From IMG/VR virus record IMGVR_UViG_3300044846_002605, positions 2,331 through 66,330 of that record: DNA of 64,000 nt, one strand, 5' to 3'. Of this stretch, positions 17,301-26,198 are shown one piece after another. This stretch comes from a virus. The notes under the pieces were generated by a model. It saw only the letters and a list, made by a program, of their open reading frames with translations, was not told where the DNA came from and did not search any database. The position numbers and the translations under genes are program-made. Position 1 is the stretch's first letter. The number at the start of each line of letters is the position of its first letter.

Positions 17301-19714
17301 GCACTTTCCGCTTTTTCTACAGCAGTTAACGCCTTTTGATAATTCTGAAGAGCTTCTAATTTAAACTCTGCTTCCTTAGCTTTTTTAGCGTCATCTCCTT
17401 TTAGGTTTAAGTTTTTGTTTGCTTCAACCTGCGTTTGCAAAATTTTGATTTCTGTATCAAGACCTTCTTTAGAAATAAATGCTTGTACTTCAGTTGGAGA
17501 TAATCCTGATTCTTTGTTTAATTGTTTTTCAAGTTCAATTAATCTTTGAGCCTTGTTAGCAATTTTTCCATTATTGAAAAGCAATTCATCTTTAAGATTT
17601 TCCCAAGCTTTTTTGTAAATGATTAAATCAAGTTTTTGTTTTCTTTGTTCCGGATCTGATTCATCTAATCTATCAATATCACTTTGTCTAATTGGCGGAA
17701 CTACTTGCTCGTTGATTTGATCATACTTTGCTCTTAAAGACTTAATAGTTGCAGCTTTAGTTTGCAATTTAGCTTTGTATTTAGCAACATTCTCGGCTGT
17801 AATATCATTACGGCCCATTGCTTGATTCATTTGTTCAGGTGTGAACTTTTCAACCATGTGCTCAAGAAAATCAGTGAACATTCCTTCACTGTTATTTTTA
17901 AGCATTGTCTTGATTCCTTGCTGAAATGAATCATGTTTTTTATCTTCAAATACTTTTTTATCTCCTCTTTGTGCAGCATCTAAAATTGCTTCTTGAAATT
18001 CAGATTGAGTCACTAAAGGATTAGAAGTATGTTCTAAAAAACTACCAAGTTGACCATTAAAAATAGCAGTCAATTCTTTGGCTTTAGCAAGTGATTCTTT
18101 GTATTTAGTTTTTTGCTGTTTGATGTACTCCTGGCGATTAAATAAATACTGAGCTTTATCTTTTGCACCACCACCAACAATTTGTTTTTGTAAATAACCA
18201 ATACTACTTCCAAATGGAGAAGCTATTGTACCCATAAAGAAACCTGATCCAAATGTAGACAAACCTTCTTGATTCATTGTTCCTTTAATAGCACCACCCA
18301 CATCAGAAAATGACATATCTGAAGCAGCTTGCCACATATTTTCCAAAAACCCTCCTCTGACCTGCTGCCCTGCATGATTTCTACCATAGTAAGACTGTAC
18401 TGAATTTGAAACAACATCTTGTCCAAGTTCTTGAATACCCTCCATTGAATTAGAAAGCCCTTTCTTAATCAAATTTGCTCCAGCAACCTTATAGTTTTTA
18501 CCAATATATCTAGTAAGATCCTTTGCTGATTCCTTTACAGAAAATTCAGTAATTGCTTTTCTTCCCGCAGCCAATGCACGTTTACCGCTAAAATTTTTTA
18601 CAGCTTTAACAACAAGTCCATCTTTTCCTAAAGCTGTAGTAAATTTGCCTGGAATAGAAAACATCTTATTACTATATCGCATGCTTTTAAACATGTTGTC
18701 AAAAGTGATAGCGTTAGTCGCATAAATTAAACCTAAGTTACCCATGTATGTTGAGTTGTATACATTGGCAGCATCAGTTTCAATTTGATTTATAGCATCT
18801 TCATTTAATTGACCATCTGGACTTTTTAGTTTGGCCTTTTGAATTTCTTTTTCAATAAAATCACTTTTTGCTAGATCAGCTTCTAATTTTGACTCACTAT
18901 GAGTCATATAAAGTTTTCGTGCATCTCTAGCAATTGCACCCGCTCCAAGAGAAACTTTTTGTAAATCATTAAATTGACTAAACTCATCAAGTTTAGACTT
19001 TCGTAAAAAGTCTGCAGTTTCACCTATAGGATTTAATTTTTGACCAAGCTTGCCAAGATTTTGACCAAGGCCTTTCATACTAAAAAACTTGACGGCTTCA
19101 TCAATATTTCCTAATCTTGCTGCTTCATCAATATGACTAGCACTTCTTGTAATTCTATTAAGTCTATTAAATGCACGAGTTGCCTGCAAACCAACAACAC
19201 CAGCTGAACCAATATTTCCAAGCCCACCTGTTGTTAAAGCCATTGCAATTTCTTCAGCAGCAATTGCTCCAATAATACCAACAGTATATCCAGATGAAAG
19301 CATTGTGTTAGACCAAAACTGCGTATAGCCACCGCGAGTGGATGAATAATTTTTCATCACATCCGCAAAGTTTTTAGAACTATCGCTTTCAGCAGTTAAT
19401 CCAAATCCAAATGTATCTTGAAAACCTACACCGGCTAGTTTCCACATACCATCCCATGCGCGACCTACATCTTCAGACCAATGTGTCTTTTGATTGTAAA
19501 TTTTGTTGTTGTCTTTAAATGGATCAAAACCAAGCTTTCCATAAGTTTTAGAGTTATAAGTAGCAAATCTATCTACATCTAATTGTTTTGCAGATATTAT
19601 GGTGCTTTGCTCATTAAATGGATTCTCAATTATTTTTTGGTTCTTAATGTTAACATCGGACACAGCCATTTTTAACATCTCACCACGCGTGGGTTTTTTT
19701 GGATCTTCAGCCAT
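11396..19714 (-). CDS. Very large virion cargo/ejection protein (2772 aa), polyvalent-type
   Basis: Long ORF directly upstream of the RNAP gene, with hydrophobic Gly/Ala segments near the N-terminus (GYTVGIIGAIAA..., GSGFFMGTIASPFG), an EGIQELGQ motif, long coiled coils, acidic linkers and a degenerate zincin-like segment. Confidence 0.75.
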   Translation of the reverse strand: MAEDPKKPTRGEMLKMAVSDVNIKNQKIIENPFNEQSTIISAKQLDVDRFATYNSKTYGKLGFDPFKDNNKIYNQKTHWSEDVGRAWDGMWKLAGVGFQDTFGFGLTAESDSSKNFADVMKNYSSTRGGYTQFWSNTMLSSGYTVGIIGAIAAEEIAMALTTGGLGNIGSAGVVGLQATRAFNRLNRITRSASHIDEAARLGNIDEAVKFFSMKGLGQNLGKLGQKLNPIGETADFLRKSKLDEFSQFNDLQKVSLGAGAIARDARKLYMTHSESKLEADLAKSDFIEKEIQKAKLKSPDGQLNEDAINQIETDAANVYNSTYMGNLGLIYATNAITFDNMFKSMRYSNKMFSIPGKFTTALGKDGLVVKAVKNFSGKRALAAGRKAITEFSVKESAKDLTRYIGKNYKVAGANLIKKGLSNSMEGIQELGQDVVSNSVQSYYGRNHAGQQVRGGFLENMWQAASDMSFSDVGGAIKGTMNQEGLSTFGSGFFMGTIASPFGSSIGYLQKQIVGGGAKDKAQYLFNRQEYIKQQKTKYKESLAKAKELTAIFNGQLGSFLEHTSNPLVTQSEFQEAILDAAQRGDKKVFEDKKHDSFQQGIKTMLKNNSEGMFTDFLEHMVEKFTPEQMNQAMGRNDITAENVAKYKAKLQTKAATIKSLRAKYDQINEQVVPPIRQSDIDRLDESDPEQRKQKLDLIIYKKAWENLKDELLFNNGKIANKAQRLIELEKQLNKESGLSPTEVQAFISKEGLDTEIKILQTQVEANKNLNLKGDDAKKAKEAEFKLEALQNYQKALTAVEKAESAEEPSVDEIEDAYSDLFEAYHDFRSIDAEYGMFYGKEEAEEVKRAISRKSFDAIVDYLDLKTESQALQDVVNTLVDPTSAKMWIDRNAEMMADLDKNKEKHIANQLYAFQEKAASSEMLTELQEAGIFFDLNELDDLVGKGIMPSKIYNIESNKESSKEEYQKAQDIISKFYARLTGKTIVQDKSGGSKRSLRYTEDKRTVKGLLRQYGIKLGKEIDLSDPVQLERMLRKLKSSTFLTQIDKEMLDKVSDSMPKIMFVDNAEFPISLNEDGVFVIDVRYAGSDYKNVAVNFETLVLSALTQAKLNDNLAENESLQTEVENLMQQAKDAFAKKYPNLDMDKISLFNSTAEFLSESLNNTAFQSFLGGVTDTVSGKKESLWKSLMAKIMKAFNKTFDGSVLQRAVSLANMALDESITDNIDEKADETAVEEEEKPEPVSSVEKKGFKLMEVVPGVWQVTDKDGNIKAFDTKAEAEEYFNEQTKPAKQTVKQKVKEKVTRTIEVGNTEFLENANDNPELFADFLHPEVVSNNNLAVAEWTQKLVDLGKELDDARITNWVYGNIRAQVGGRLIIDVTAEVPVFVKKAIQNKKANPRVAELQKEIADLDAKIKDLSSKKTATGKATVDTNAKRNDVVALKEIFDSQYLTPVQSTFYYEARQELEAEAKKNKPLFGKVKVVTRAEVEKRGFENFVKAVQSTKDTTNTSELNYTVFDGLGGWLVKNKSNNATKDLISSDAHPDFRHEYGVKRNQNWAEFDEGYTTQGKRVVNIKVPVVTTVDTNRPSVYVSVTIEIPEGFTAEQIAQPIVDNLKTFNGKLSTKEASGKIIEQAESIIKNGPAAQQTNQSDANVDAEIESTLKQRNALQDELNAEQTDITEEGEETVQQGTKKVKFLMYKSTGTGSTAASLGEWVPLLAIGTHPNGNEWFVKAMYQGQDPKFNKYGSSVFADIDRDLKTQEANLFTGIRSTQEIEEEVEREIDVEIDAPEEDVPAQEEEVQTEEQDLIDAETKLKTEINQKRELLKRVNEQIASSSKMQLRKRMKLDKQKSQLLLDLKDLQAEYDAKFGSEAQIVSTETTAVETPVEEEVNIDNTLVITERTPFASLPGELQNRLIDQYRMVLAANSVGAIRSKYKAEIRQLEALNRSMAQAPEEEVDALDEQFGNIFDSLVASIGPGFTVRLNEQSKIEIGTVKSDAEPSEAEIDAIQKMMANDMSFLRTIIEYNKEQEPEEFVPAPPPQVTVELTDEELAAHNAAEIERGKQLKQQRLDQQKEEARARRRARKQAIVPINAMEREQVSELLQKVLKEDFDILTKADLTYLIDNLLNDSKTFRFKIPDVIAFVSKKKRKLEQDSQIAVVNETFADELEGLEPKERAEAVLGYQKDIFEELAENSTVYNYGLLSKYVKSKEPIKVAYNGKKYSFTLTPTELKALALYNKELFSRPLKTKEDETQFLINIHQVVQNAKFQAENYKKNLKFEGTPQEIEDQAINLFFELMNKGILLPSVVKAVNYAFYNSRTKLTIARSNALSGSIYTLEERASTAKRAQPKNKLAQDKMTIREFIYDSGVMVTDPLFQEALVADWFSNPENRVHPDFITKNVARGKGEIAFYKSFISNKSKYKTADGVGDAAAADFASDIQDANVYMQEAVNEIFANYRTISDMVTSIAERIRSLQEEQDYGQYESEMEFENWIGTKEAEKAAADFEEYTKSLEFKITTGQVNLSTLDYSSLTPAQQLLFDQAVEDGLYDVSDPEAANDAANQEVEMPEEDMSTDDFLEYLNEIQAKQTAVDKTEAELLEELRKMGDAYPFVPFLIKQIEALENDKNLNLFLAAYRITNTDLFNQFTLPQRNFLNDRLMKRLGRGAFIGQSVLIGEVPMQIFSYNMADKTVDLVDITTGEVQTLPMEQLFKSTDVFEEGQEYTKLNLDTVVNDQEIDYIKEAYQDIFNNFTASVAEFEKLENADLNSQILEQLTKCK

Positions 19715-19726
19715 TTCAATAAAGCA

Positions 19727-21964
19727 TTATAGATTTGAATAAGAGTTTTCTATTTTTTGAAGTCTTTGGAAGTATTCTTTAAACTGTCTTTCTGCAACTT
19801 CAATTTGTACATTACCAATAGGAATTTCATCTTGCTTTGTAATACCGTCTGTGTCTTTATATTTAAATGTAGCATACTTTATTCCATTCTTTTGAATGAT
19901 TGCTGCATCTTTGTACATGTTGTCTTTATCAGGTAAATCGCGTTTTCCTAACTTTTGAAAAATTGCTTCAGGTGTAGTCATACGAGTTTCTTGCCAAAAT
20001 GTTTCTTTGTTTTTTCCAATATAACTAGCAGGAGCAATCATTCTTAACTTTTCACCTGTTTTTTGATTAATGAATGTATAAGTAGAGTGATAATCAATAC
20101 TAGCATTCCTATCAAATTCTACAGTCATTTGACTTAAATCAGCATTTTTAAAAAACCGGTTATAAACTAAATCATTGTTAGCTTTTTGATTTTCAAGCAT
20201 ACTTTTACTAGCCTTAGAAAATTTACCTTGTTCAATATCATGGTCATCTATTAAAATAACATCTGTGTCATTTACAAGACCACCTTGGCCTTGCATCATA
20301 CCAAAAATTTTAGCTACATTGCCGCCTTTATAATCTTGCGTTTTAATCATTCTTCCATTTTTGTCTAATGTCATGTCAACATAATCATGATATAAAACAC
20401 GGTCTGCAGTGTTTCCACTACCCATATCTTTGTTTCTTTTTTTAGGATCATTTAAATCACTAAATTCTTTTTTGTAACTTTTTACAACATCATTGTATGC
20501 TTTTCTCATGACTTCATTAAAATCAGAATCATCATAAAAAAGTGTTCCGGCATTTGGATCCCAAAAACCTCTGAACGCTGTATAAACTGCATCTTGGTTA
20601 TCTTTTTTAGTTTGAATTTTTCTATCTCCCATCAAACCAGATTGAATCTTATATTGAGGACCTAGATTTTTTATAAACTGATGATAATTTTGAATTTTAC
20701 CATCTTCTCCAATTGCAGCTTGAAATGCAAGTTTTTTAACATAAGCAGCATGTCCTGAACCTTCCGAACCATCTGCTTCTGAAAATTTTAACATTGCTTG
20801 CTTTCTAGCAGTTACTTTATCTTTTTTAGTTTCAGCCATGTAATCTTGATGCCTTTGAATATTAGCATCAATCATATCAAGATTACCGGCATTTTTTTCA
20901 GAACCTTCATAATACTTTTCATTTTTACCCAGAACTTTTTTATGACGGTTATACATATATGTTGAACCATAGTAACCCATGTCTTCAATCATATCTGTAA
21001 TTTGGTTTGTTTTTTCAGATGTACTTAACTTTTTAATATAATTCATCTGGGCGTCCCAAGCAACTTTTGCATCTTCATTTTTTCCTAAACTGTTTAATTG
21101 ATTAAGATACTTTGTGGCATTTGCTTTATTTTGTTTATCTCTAGCTGTATCTCCAGATTGTGTACCATATTTACTAATAAATGTCAAAGCATCTTTAGTA
21201 TAATTTAGTGTGTTTTTTCTGTTATCAGCATCATATCTTCCTGCTGTTTTATCATCTGCATTAAACAAGTTAAATGCATTTCTACCCCAAGTTGTTACTA
21301 AAGGATTAACTTCTTTTTTTACTCTTTCACCTGAATTAAAAGTGTAATTTTTCATTTGCAAAAATCCGGCAAACGGATTGACACCTCCGCCACCAGGATT
21401 AGCTTGAGTAGTTGTTTTATCTCTTGCTTTAGGAACAGGATTATCAATTTCAAAAGTTGTTCTATCAACAATTATTTTTTTATCAGGATCATATACATAG
21501 TTACTTTTAGTTTGTGCACCTAGCATCATGGATATTTTTGCTTCTGCTGTGTCCGCATTTTTTCTGTATTTTTCAAATAGCTTTGGATCACCTACACCGC
21601 TTGAAATCTTTACCATTTCATCCATTGCACCTTTAGAAGAATTAATTAAGATCTTGAGTGTTTCCTTTGCTGCAGGATCAAGTTCTTTATTTGACAACAT
21701 CTTATCATATCTTCCATTTATAGCCTTCATCATGTGCAATGAATTACTATAATTTACTACATCGTCCCATCCTTCATGAGCATCAATAACTTTTTGATAT
21801 TGATCCCATGCTTTTGGAGCTTTAGGAGCAGTTGGTTTTGGTGCACCTGGTTGTGGCTTTACACCAGCTGGCATTGTATTAGGATCTTTATCAAATAACT
21901 CAGGTTTTTTTTCAGCAAGTTGCTGAGAACCTTGCTGCATTACTTTATTTAAATCTACAGGCAT
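19727..21964 (-). CDS. Putative virion cargo protein (745 aa), function unknown
   Basis: Long ORF in the cargo block with 11-12 bp spacers; Pro/Lys-rich N-terminus. Confidence 0.6.
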   Translation of the reverse strand: MPVDLNKVMQQGSQQLAEKKPELFDKDPNTMPAGVKPQPGAPKPTAPKAPKAWDQYQKVIDAHEGWDDVVNYSNSLHMMKAINGRYDKMLSNKELDPAAKETLKILINSSKGAMDEMVKISSGVGDPKLFEKYRKNADTAEAKISMMLGAQTKSNYVYDPDKKIIVDRTTFEIDNPVPKARDKTTTQANPGGGGVNPFAGFLQMKNYTFNSGERVKKEVNPLVTTWGRNAFNLFNADDKTAGRYDADNRKNTLNYTKDALTFISKYGTQSGDTARDKQNKANATKYLNQLNSLGKNEDAKVAWDAQMNYIKKLSTSEKTNQITDMIEDMGYYGSTYMYNRHKKVLGKNEKYYEGSEKNAGNLDMIDANIQRHQDYMAETKKDKVTARKQAMLKFSEADGSEGSGHAAYVKKLAFQAAIGEDGKIQNYHQFIKNLGPQYKIQSGLMGDRKIQTKKDNQDAVYTAFRGFWDPNAGTLFYDDSDFNEVMRKAYNDVVKSYKKEFSDLNDPKKRNKDMGSGNTADRVLYHDYVDMTLDKNGRMIKTQDYKGGNVAKIFGMMQGQGGLVNDTDVILIDDHDIEQGKFSKASKSMLENQKANNDLVYNRFFKNADLSQMTVEFDRNASIDYHSTYTFINQKTGEKLRMIAPASYIGKNKETFWQETRMTTPEAIFQKLGKRDLPDKDNMYKDAAIIQKNGIKYATFKYKDTDGITKQDEIPIGNVQIEVAERQFKEYFQRLQKIENSYSNL

Positions 21965-21975
21965 AATTCTAAAGT

Positions 21976-23805
21976 TTATTTTTTACCTTTATTTTTCATT
22001 TTTTCAGCATAGGCCGCTCTTTCTCTACCAAGTTTTTCTAACTGATAATAAAGAGATTCATTAGTATTTCCTTTTTGACCAGTAAAATATTGGTCAATTG
22101 TCCATTTATCCAAACCAGCAGATAAACCTTTATCTAAAATTCTTTGATAATAATTTGTTAGATAAGCCTCAGACATGCCAGATTTTTTAATTTCTAATGC
22201 AGTAATTACATCCGTGTATTTAGGATTTTCACCAATCTTTAATGCCTTTGCATTTGCATCATTTTTGAGTTTTGTCAAATTCAAACGCGCTTCTCTTTGA
22301 GCTTTTCTATATTTAGCCAAATCATCTTTTCCTGTAGGCACAGTAAAATTACCCATATCTGCTGTAGTAGCATCTGGATTTTTCATGTATATTTTATAAG
22401 TTTCTAATTCAGGATTCCATTTAGAAACATCAATCTCTGTATTTTCATAAGCCTTAATATCTGCTGGTTTGTATCCACCTGCACCGCCATTAATCTTATC
22501 GTTATACAGACCTTTTTCTAACTTCCATTCTTGCAACTTCATTTCATTTGCCGCTTTAACTCCTTCCAAAGCTACTGCATTAGCAAAGTCTTGTTGCTTT
22601 AATGCTTGATCATATTTAAAATCAACAGCCTTCAAAGCAAAGTCATCTGCTTCATACTTAACTTCAGAATCTTTAAAAGCAAGTGTTTGTGCAGCTTTAT
22701 CAATATCTGCCGCATAAAAATCTGCAGCGGATTGTTGATCAGCATAATCACCCAAAGCAGATAGTCCTCGCGCATTACCTGAATTGGCCTGAGCTTTTAA
22801 CATCATATCTGTATATGATTTTGCTTCAGTTGCGTTTTGCATCAATTGTGGTAAACTTACAAGAACATTGTACTCATCACTACCTTCTTTGATTCTTCCT
22901 TCTTCATAATCGCGTTTTAAACTCTCATACTTTTCTCCTAAAGATCCAAGATCAACATTTAAATCGTCAGCTTGCTTTCTTAATGCTTTTTGTACAGCAT
23001 CATTTCTTTCTTTAAAGTAACCAATTGATGCTGCATTTTCATCTGCATACTCACCCATATTGATTTTACTATACATCCAGTCTTTTCTTTGTGTATAGGA
23101 TTTAACCTGATACATTTTTTGAACATTAGGATCCTTACCAATAGTTTCTCCAAAAAGTTGAGTCAACGGGGACTTTAACTGAATCCCATTTTTAGTAGTA
23201 ATTAAATACTGACCATCCGGGCTAAATGAATCCATTGTAATACTTAATCCAGCATCCTTAGCAATTTTCATGGCTTTTTCCATTACATTGGTATAAGGAA
23301 CAAATTCTGGATCAGCCATATTCATTGCATCACCTGCACTTGCATTTTTAAATTCAGCTCTTTTGTATTGAAGATATTTTTCACCTTCTTCCCACCATTG
23401 GCCACCACATTTAGCAGGATCTAAACAATTTTTAAATGACTCACCTCTATCAACTTCATTGTTGTAGTTTCTTGTCCATACCATGTCTTTAACAATGTTA
23501 TTATTGGTATAAATAGATTGAAACACACTTGCTGCTGCTTGAACATTTTGATCTAATGAAAAATCCAAACCTCCCATTCTTTTAATATCGTCATTGATGA
23601 TTTGAAAAAACTCATCTCTTGCTGCAATATTATCTGTACGCGTCATAGATGCATTCAACAATGAGCCGTAAAGCTCGCTTACTTTTTTATGATTTGCATC
23701 ATACTTAGATTGCTTTGTTTGAAGAATCTGTGCGTCAAATGCCAGATTTGGCTCAGTTGGCTGAATCTGAGATATGTAATCCGTTTGACCTGTATATGTT
23801 GCCAT
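21976..23805 (-). CDS. Putative virion cargo/ejection protein (609 aa)
   Basis: Helical protein in the cargo block between the muzzle and RNAP genes, as in crAss-like gene order. Confidence 0.6.
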   Translation of the reverse strand: MATYTGQTDYISQIQPTEPNLAFDAQILQTKQSKYDANHKKVSELYGSLLNASMTRTDNIAARDEFFQIINDDIKRMGGLDFSLDQNVQAAASVFQSIYTNNNIVKDMVWTRNYNNEVDRGESFKNCLDPAKCGGQWWEEGEKYLQYKRAEFKNASAGDAMNMADPEFVPYTNVMEKAMKIAKDAGLSITMDSFSPDGQYLITTKNGIQLKSPLTQLFGETIGKDPNVQKMYQVKSYTQRKDWMYSKINMGEYADENAASIGYFKERNDAVQKALRKQADDLNVDLGSLGEKYESLKRDYEEGRIKEGSDEYNVLVSLPQLMQNATEAKSYTDMMLKAQANSGNARGLSALGDYADQQSAADFYAADIDKAAQTLAFKDSEVKYEADDFALKAVDFKYDQALKQQDFANAVALEGVKAANEMKLQEWKLEKGLYNDKINGGAGGYKPADIKAYENTEIDVSKWNPELETYKIYMKNPDATTADMGNFTVPTGKDDLAKYRKAQREARLNLTKLKNDANAKALKIGENPKYTDVITALEIKKSGMSEAYLTNYYQRILDKGLSAGLDKWTIDQYFTGQKGNTNESLYYQLEKLGRERAAYAEKMKNKGKK

Positions 23806-23847
23806 TTTTCTTGTAAATATATTAATTAAAGCCTAAACAAAAATTAG

Positions 23848-26196
23848 TTAAGACCGAACATCAGTGTTATTCAATTCACTTGACTTAGTAACTTGATCAT
23901 CTGGTTCAATTACATATTTACCAGATTTCATTGCTAAGAATGCTTTCATTTGCATGTCAGGACTCAATGTAGGAGTTGATTTAGCAAAAGCATTAAACTC
24001 TTGTCCAAACTCTTGTGAGTTATCTTTGACCGGTGTAATGGCTCTATCATTCATCTTAGTAATAATACCTGTAAATGGATCTTTCTTGAAGTTCTCCGTT
24101 GTGGTATTTAAGTTGTAGATGTTAGCCGCATTAGTGTATGCCTGATTAGACAACTGCGTAATTTTATCTTTAGCAGCACTGATGGAATTTGCAAGACTTT
24201 GCTTTAAGATGTTCTCTTTATCATAAAGACCTGTTGCCAATTGCGCATCCGCTGCATTTCTAGCATTTGCTAATTGTGCATTGTACTGTTCGCCTGCATT
24301 GAATACACCGACATTCTTATCAGCATAGTCGCTAATAGCATTTGCTACATCACCATAAGCTTGACCACTTAAAGCCATAGCTGTTGCACCAGCTGCTTGA
24401 GCATTTCCAAATGCTTTAACACCTTGCATCATTTGATTCAACTGCTCATTCTTAGCAGCAATTGTTCTCTCCGGTGAATAGTATGCGCGATCCGGCATAA
24501 CAACTTCAGCAGACTTAGCCCAAGGATGCAATTCAGGAATTTCAAATCTAGCTTGTACAGCACGATTAAGTGAAGCCAAGTCTTCTCTTCTAAAGCCATA
24601 AGGATTTACAAGCGGAGTAGTTTCACCTAATTTTTTATATGCTGGCGGTTTTGTTTCACAAGGAGGACAAGTACCGTCTGCATTTTTTGTAGGAGTTGTT
24701 CCATCCGGACATGTAGGGCATGGTTTTTCAATTGGCGGAGTACAAGGACAAGTTCCATCAGGTTGTCTTTCTGGAACAGTTCCATCTGGACATGCTGGAC
24801 ATGGGCCAGCAGGTTCGGTAAAATAAGATATTTCTCCGGCTGTAGTATTTGTATATGCGCCATCTGCTTTAGAGATTTTTCCTTTTTCACCAGCTTTTGT
24901 TCCCGCAACAACTTCATCAGCTACACCATAAGGATTAGCACCAAATGGCTTCATTACATCTTTTAATTCTTGATCATAAACATCTCTGTTTTTAGATAAG
25001 TTTTCAAAAGCAATGTAAGATAATTGTTCTTGTGTTGCTTTATCCATACTAGGAAGAGGAACACCTAATTCAGCAGACCATTGAGTAATATCTTTATTAG
25101 AAACTGCTCCTTTTGCTGATGGATTTTGATCTGTATCTTCTACTTTTTTACCATGTGATTGCAGAATTAAATTTCTTTTTTGAAACTCAAGATAATCCTG
25201 GAATACTTCTTCAGGTGATTTTCTAACAATTTTTTCTTTGTTTTTAGGATCTTTATCAAACTGAGCATTGTAACCTCTACCCCAGTTATCTCTTTGATCA
25301 GCAGCTCTTTTATATTCTTCAAATAAAGCTGCTTTAAACTTTTCATTAGTAGATAGTTTATTTACAATATAGTCATACTGTTTTTTAGAATTTGTATTAA
25401 CTGTACCCCAGTTTAGATCTTCTTTTTTCGGCTCCTCTGTTTTCTTTTCATTATTTGCTTCTGTAACATCGCCTGCTTCTGTATAATGCGGAAGCTGACC
25501 GCCCATAGCTAATGAAGGAAATGGATATTGCTCATTAGTTGTTGCAAAATCTCTAGCCATGCCGCCCATAGCTTTAGCAACAGCTTGATTAGCTGCACTA
25601 GCATCTTGTTGATTCATTGCAAACATTTCATTTGGATCAATTTGCAATTTATCAAAAAATGGAGATAATCCATTTGGAATACCATCCTTGAATCCTTTAC
25701 GGGATTCCTGAAGTAATTTCAAAGCAGCAATTTTAAATGCAGCATTGTCCATTGACATTTGGGCTGATTTCTTGCTTATTTTATCTGCAGTGTCATCAAT
25801 AAGAATTTGCTTAGATGTATTGATTGCATCAAGCCAGCTTTTTGAAATGTCAGCAAATGTTTTTGGCTTTTTAGTATCAACTCCAAAGTAATCCAAAATA
25901 GCCGGATCTTTGACAATCATCTTTTTGTTATCACTAAAAATAAATGATGTGCCGTCAGATTCTTTATCAGAGTCGGTAGGTAAGTTCAAAGGTGTTCCAC
26001 CTTGACTGTGTTTCTTACCGCCAATTGCATACATTTCATAGATGTTGTTTAAACCTCTACTCATGTTTGTAACTACTGTTTCACCTTTCTCAGCTTCAAC
26101 ATTAGCCATCTTCCTATTTACAGGACCAAGAACTTTTGATAAAGTTACTTTTGGTACTTCTTGACTAGGAAAACCAGTTATTGTGTACTTACCCAT
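23848..26196 (-). CDS. Putative virion cargo protein (782 aa)
   Basis: N-terminal NVEAEKGE...KKHSQGG...FIFSD segment of the kind seen in crAss-like internal proteins; AMGG twice; duplicated CPxCPDGT unit; Ala/Asn/Gln-rich helical C-terminus. Confidence 0.65.
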   Translation of the reverse strand: MGKYTITGFPSQEVPKVTLSKVLGPVNRKMANVEAEKGETVVTNMSRGLNNIYEMYAIGGKKHSQGGTPLNLPTDSDKESDGTSFIFSDNKKMIVKDPAILDYFGVDTKKPKTFADISKSWLDAINTSKQILIDDTADKISKKSAQMSMDNAAFKIAALKLLQESRKGFKDGIPNGLSPFFDKLQIDPNEMFAMNQQDASAANQAVAKAMGGMARDFATTNEQYPFPSLAMGGQLPHYTEAGDVTEANNEKKTEEPKKEDLNWGTVNTNSKKQYDYIVNKLSTNEKFKAALFEEYKRAADQRDNWGRGYNAQFDKDPKNKEKIVRKSPEEVFQDYLEFQKRNLILQSHGKKVEDTDQNPSAKGAVSNKDITQWSAELGVPLPSMDKATQEQLSYIAFENLSKNRDVYDQELKDVMKPFGANPYGVADEVVAGTKAGEKGKISKADGAYTNTTAGEISYFTEPAGPCPACPDGTVPERQPDGTCPCTPPIEKPCPTCPDGTTPTKNADGTCPPCETKPPAYKKLGETTPLVNPYGFRREDLASLNRAVQARFEIPELHPWAKSAEVVMPDRAYYSPERTIAAKNEQLNQMMQGVKAFGNAQAAGATAMALSGQAYGDVANAISDYADKNVGVFNAGEQYNAQLANARNAADAQLATGLYDKENILKQSLANSISAAKDKITQLSNQAYTNAANIYNLNTTTENFKKDPFTGIITKMNDRAITPVKDNSQEFGQEFNAFAKSTPTLSPDMQMKAFLAMKSGKYVIEPDDQVTKSSELNNTDVRS

Positions 26197-26198
26197 AA

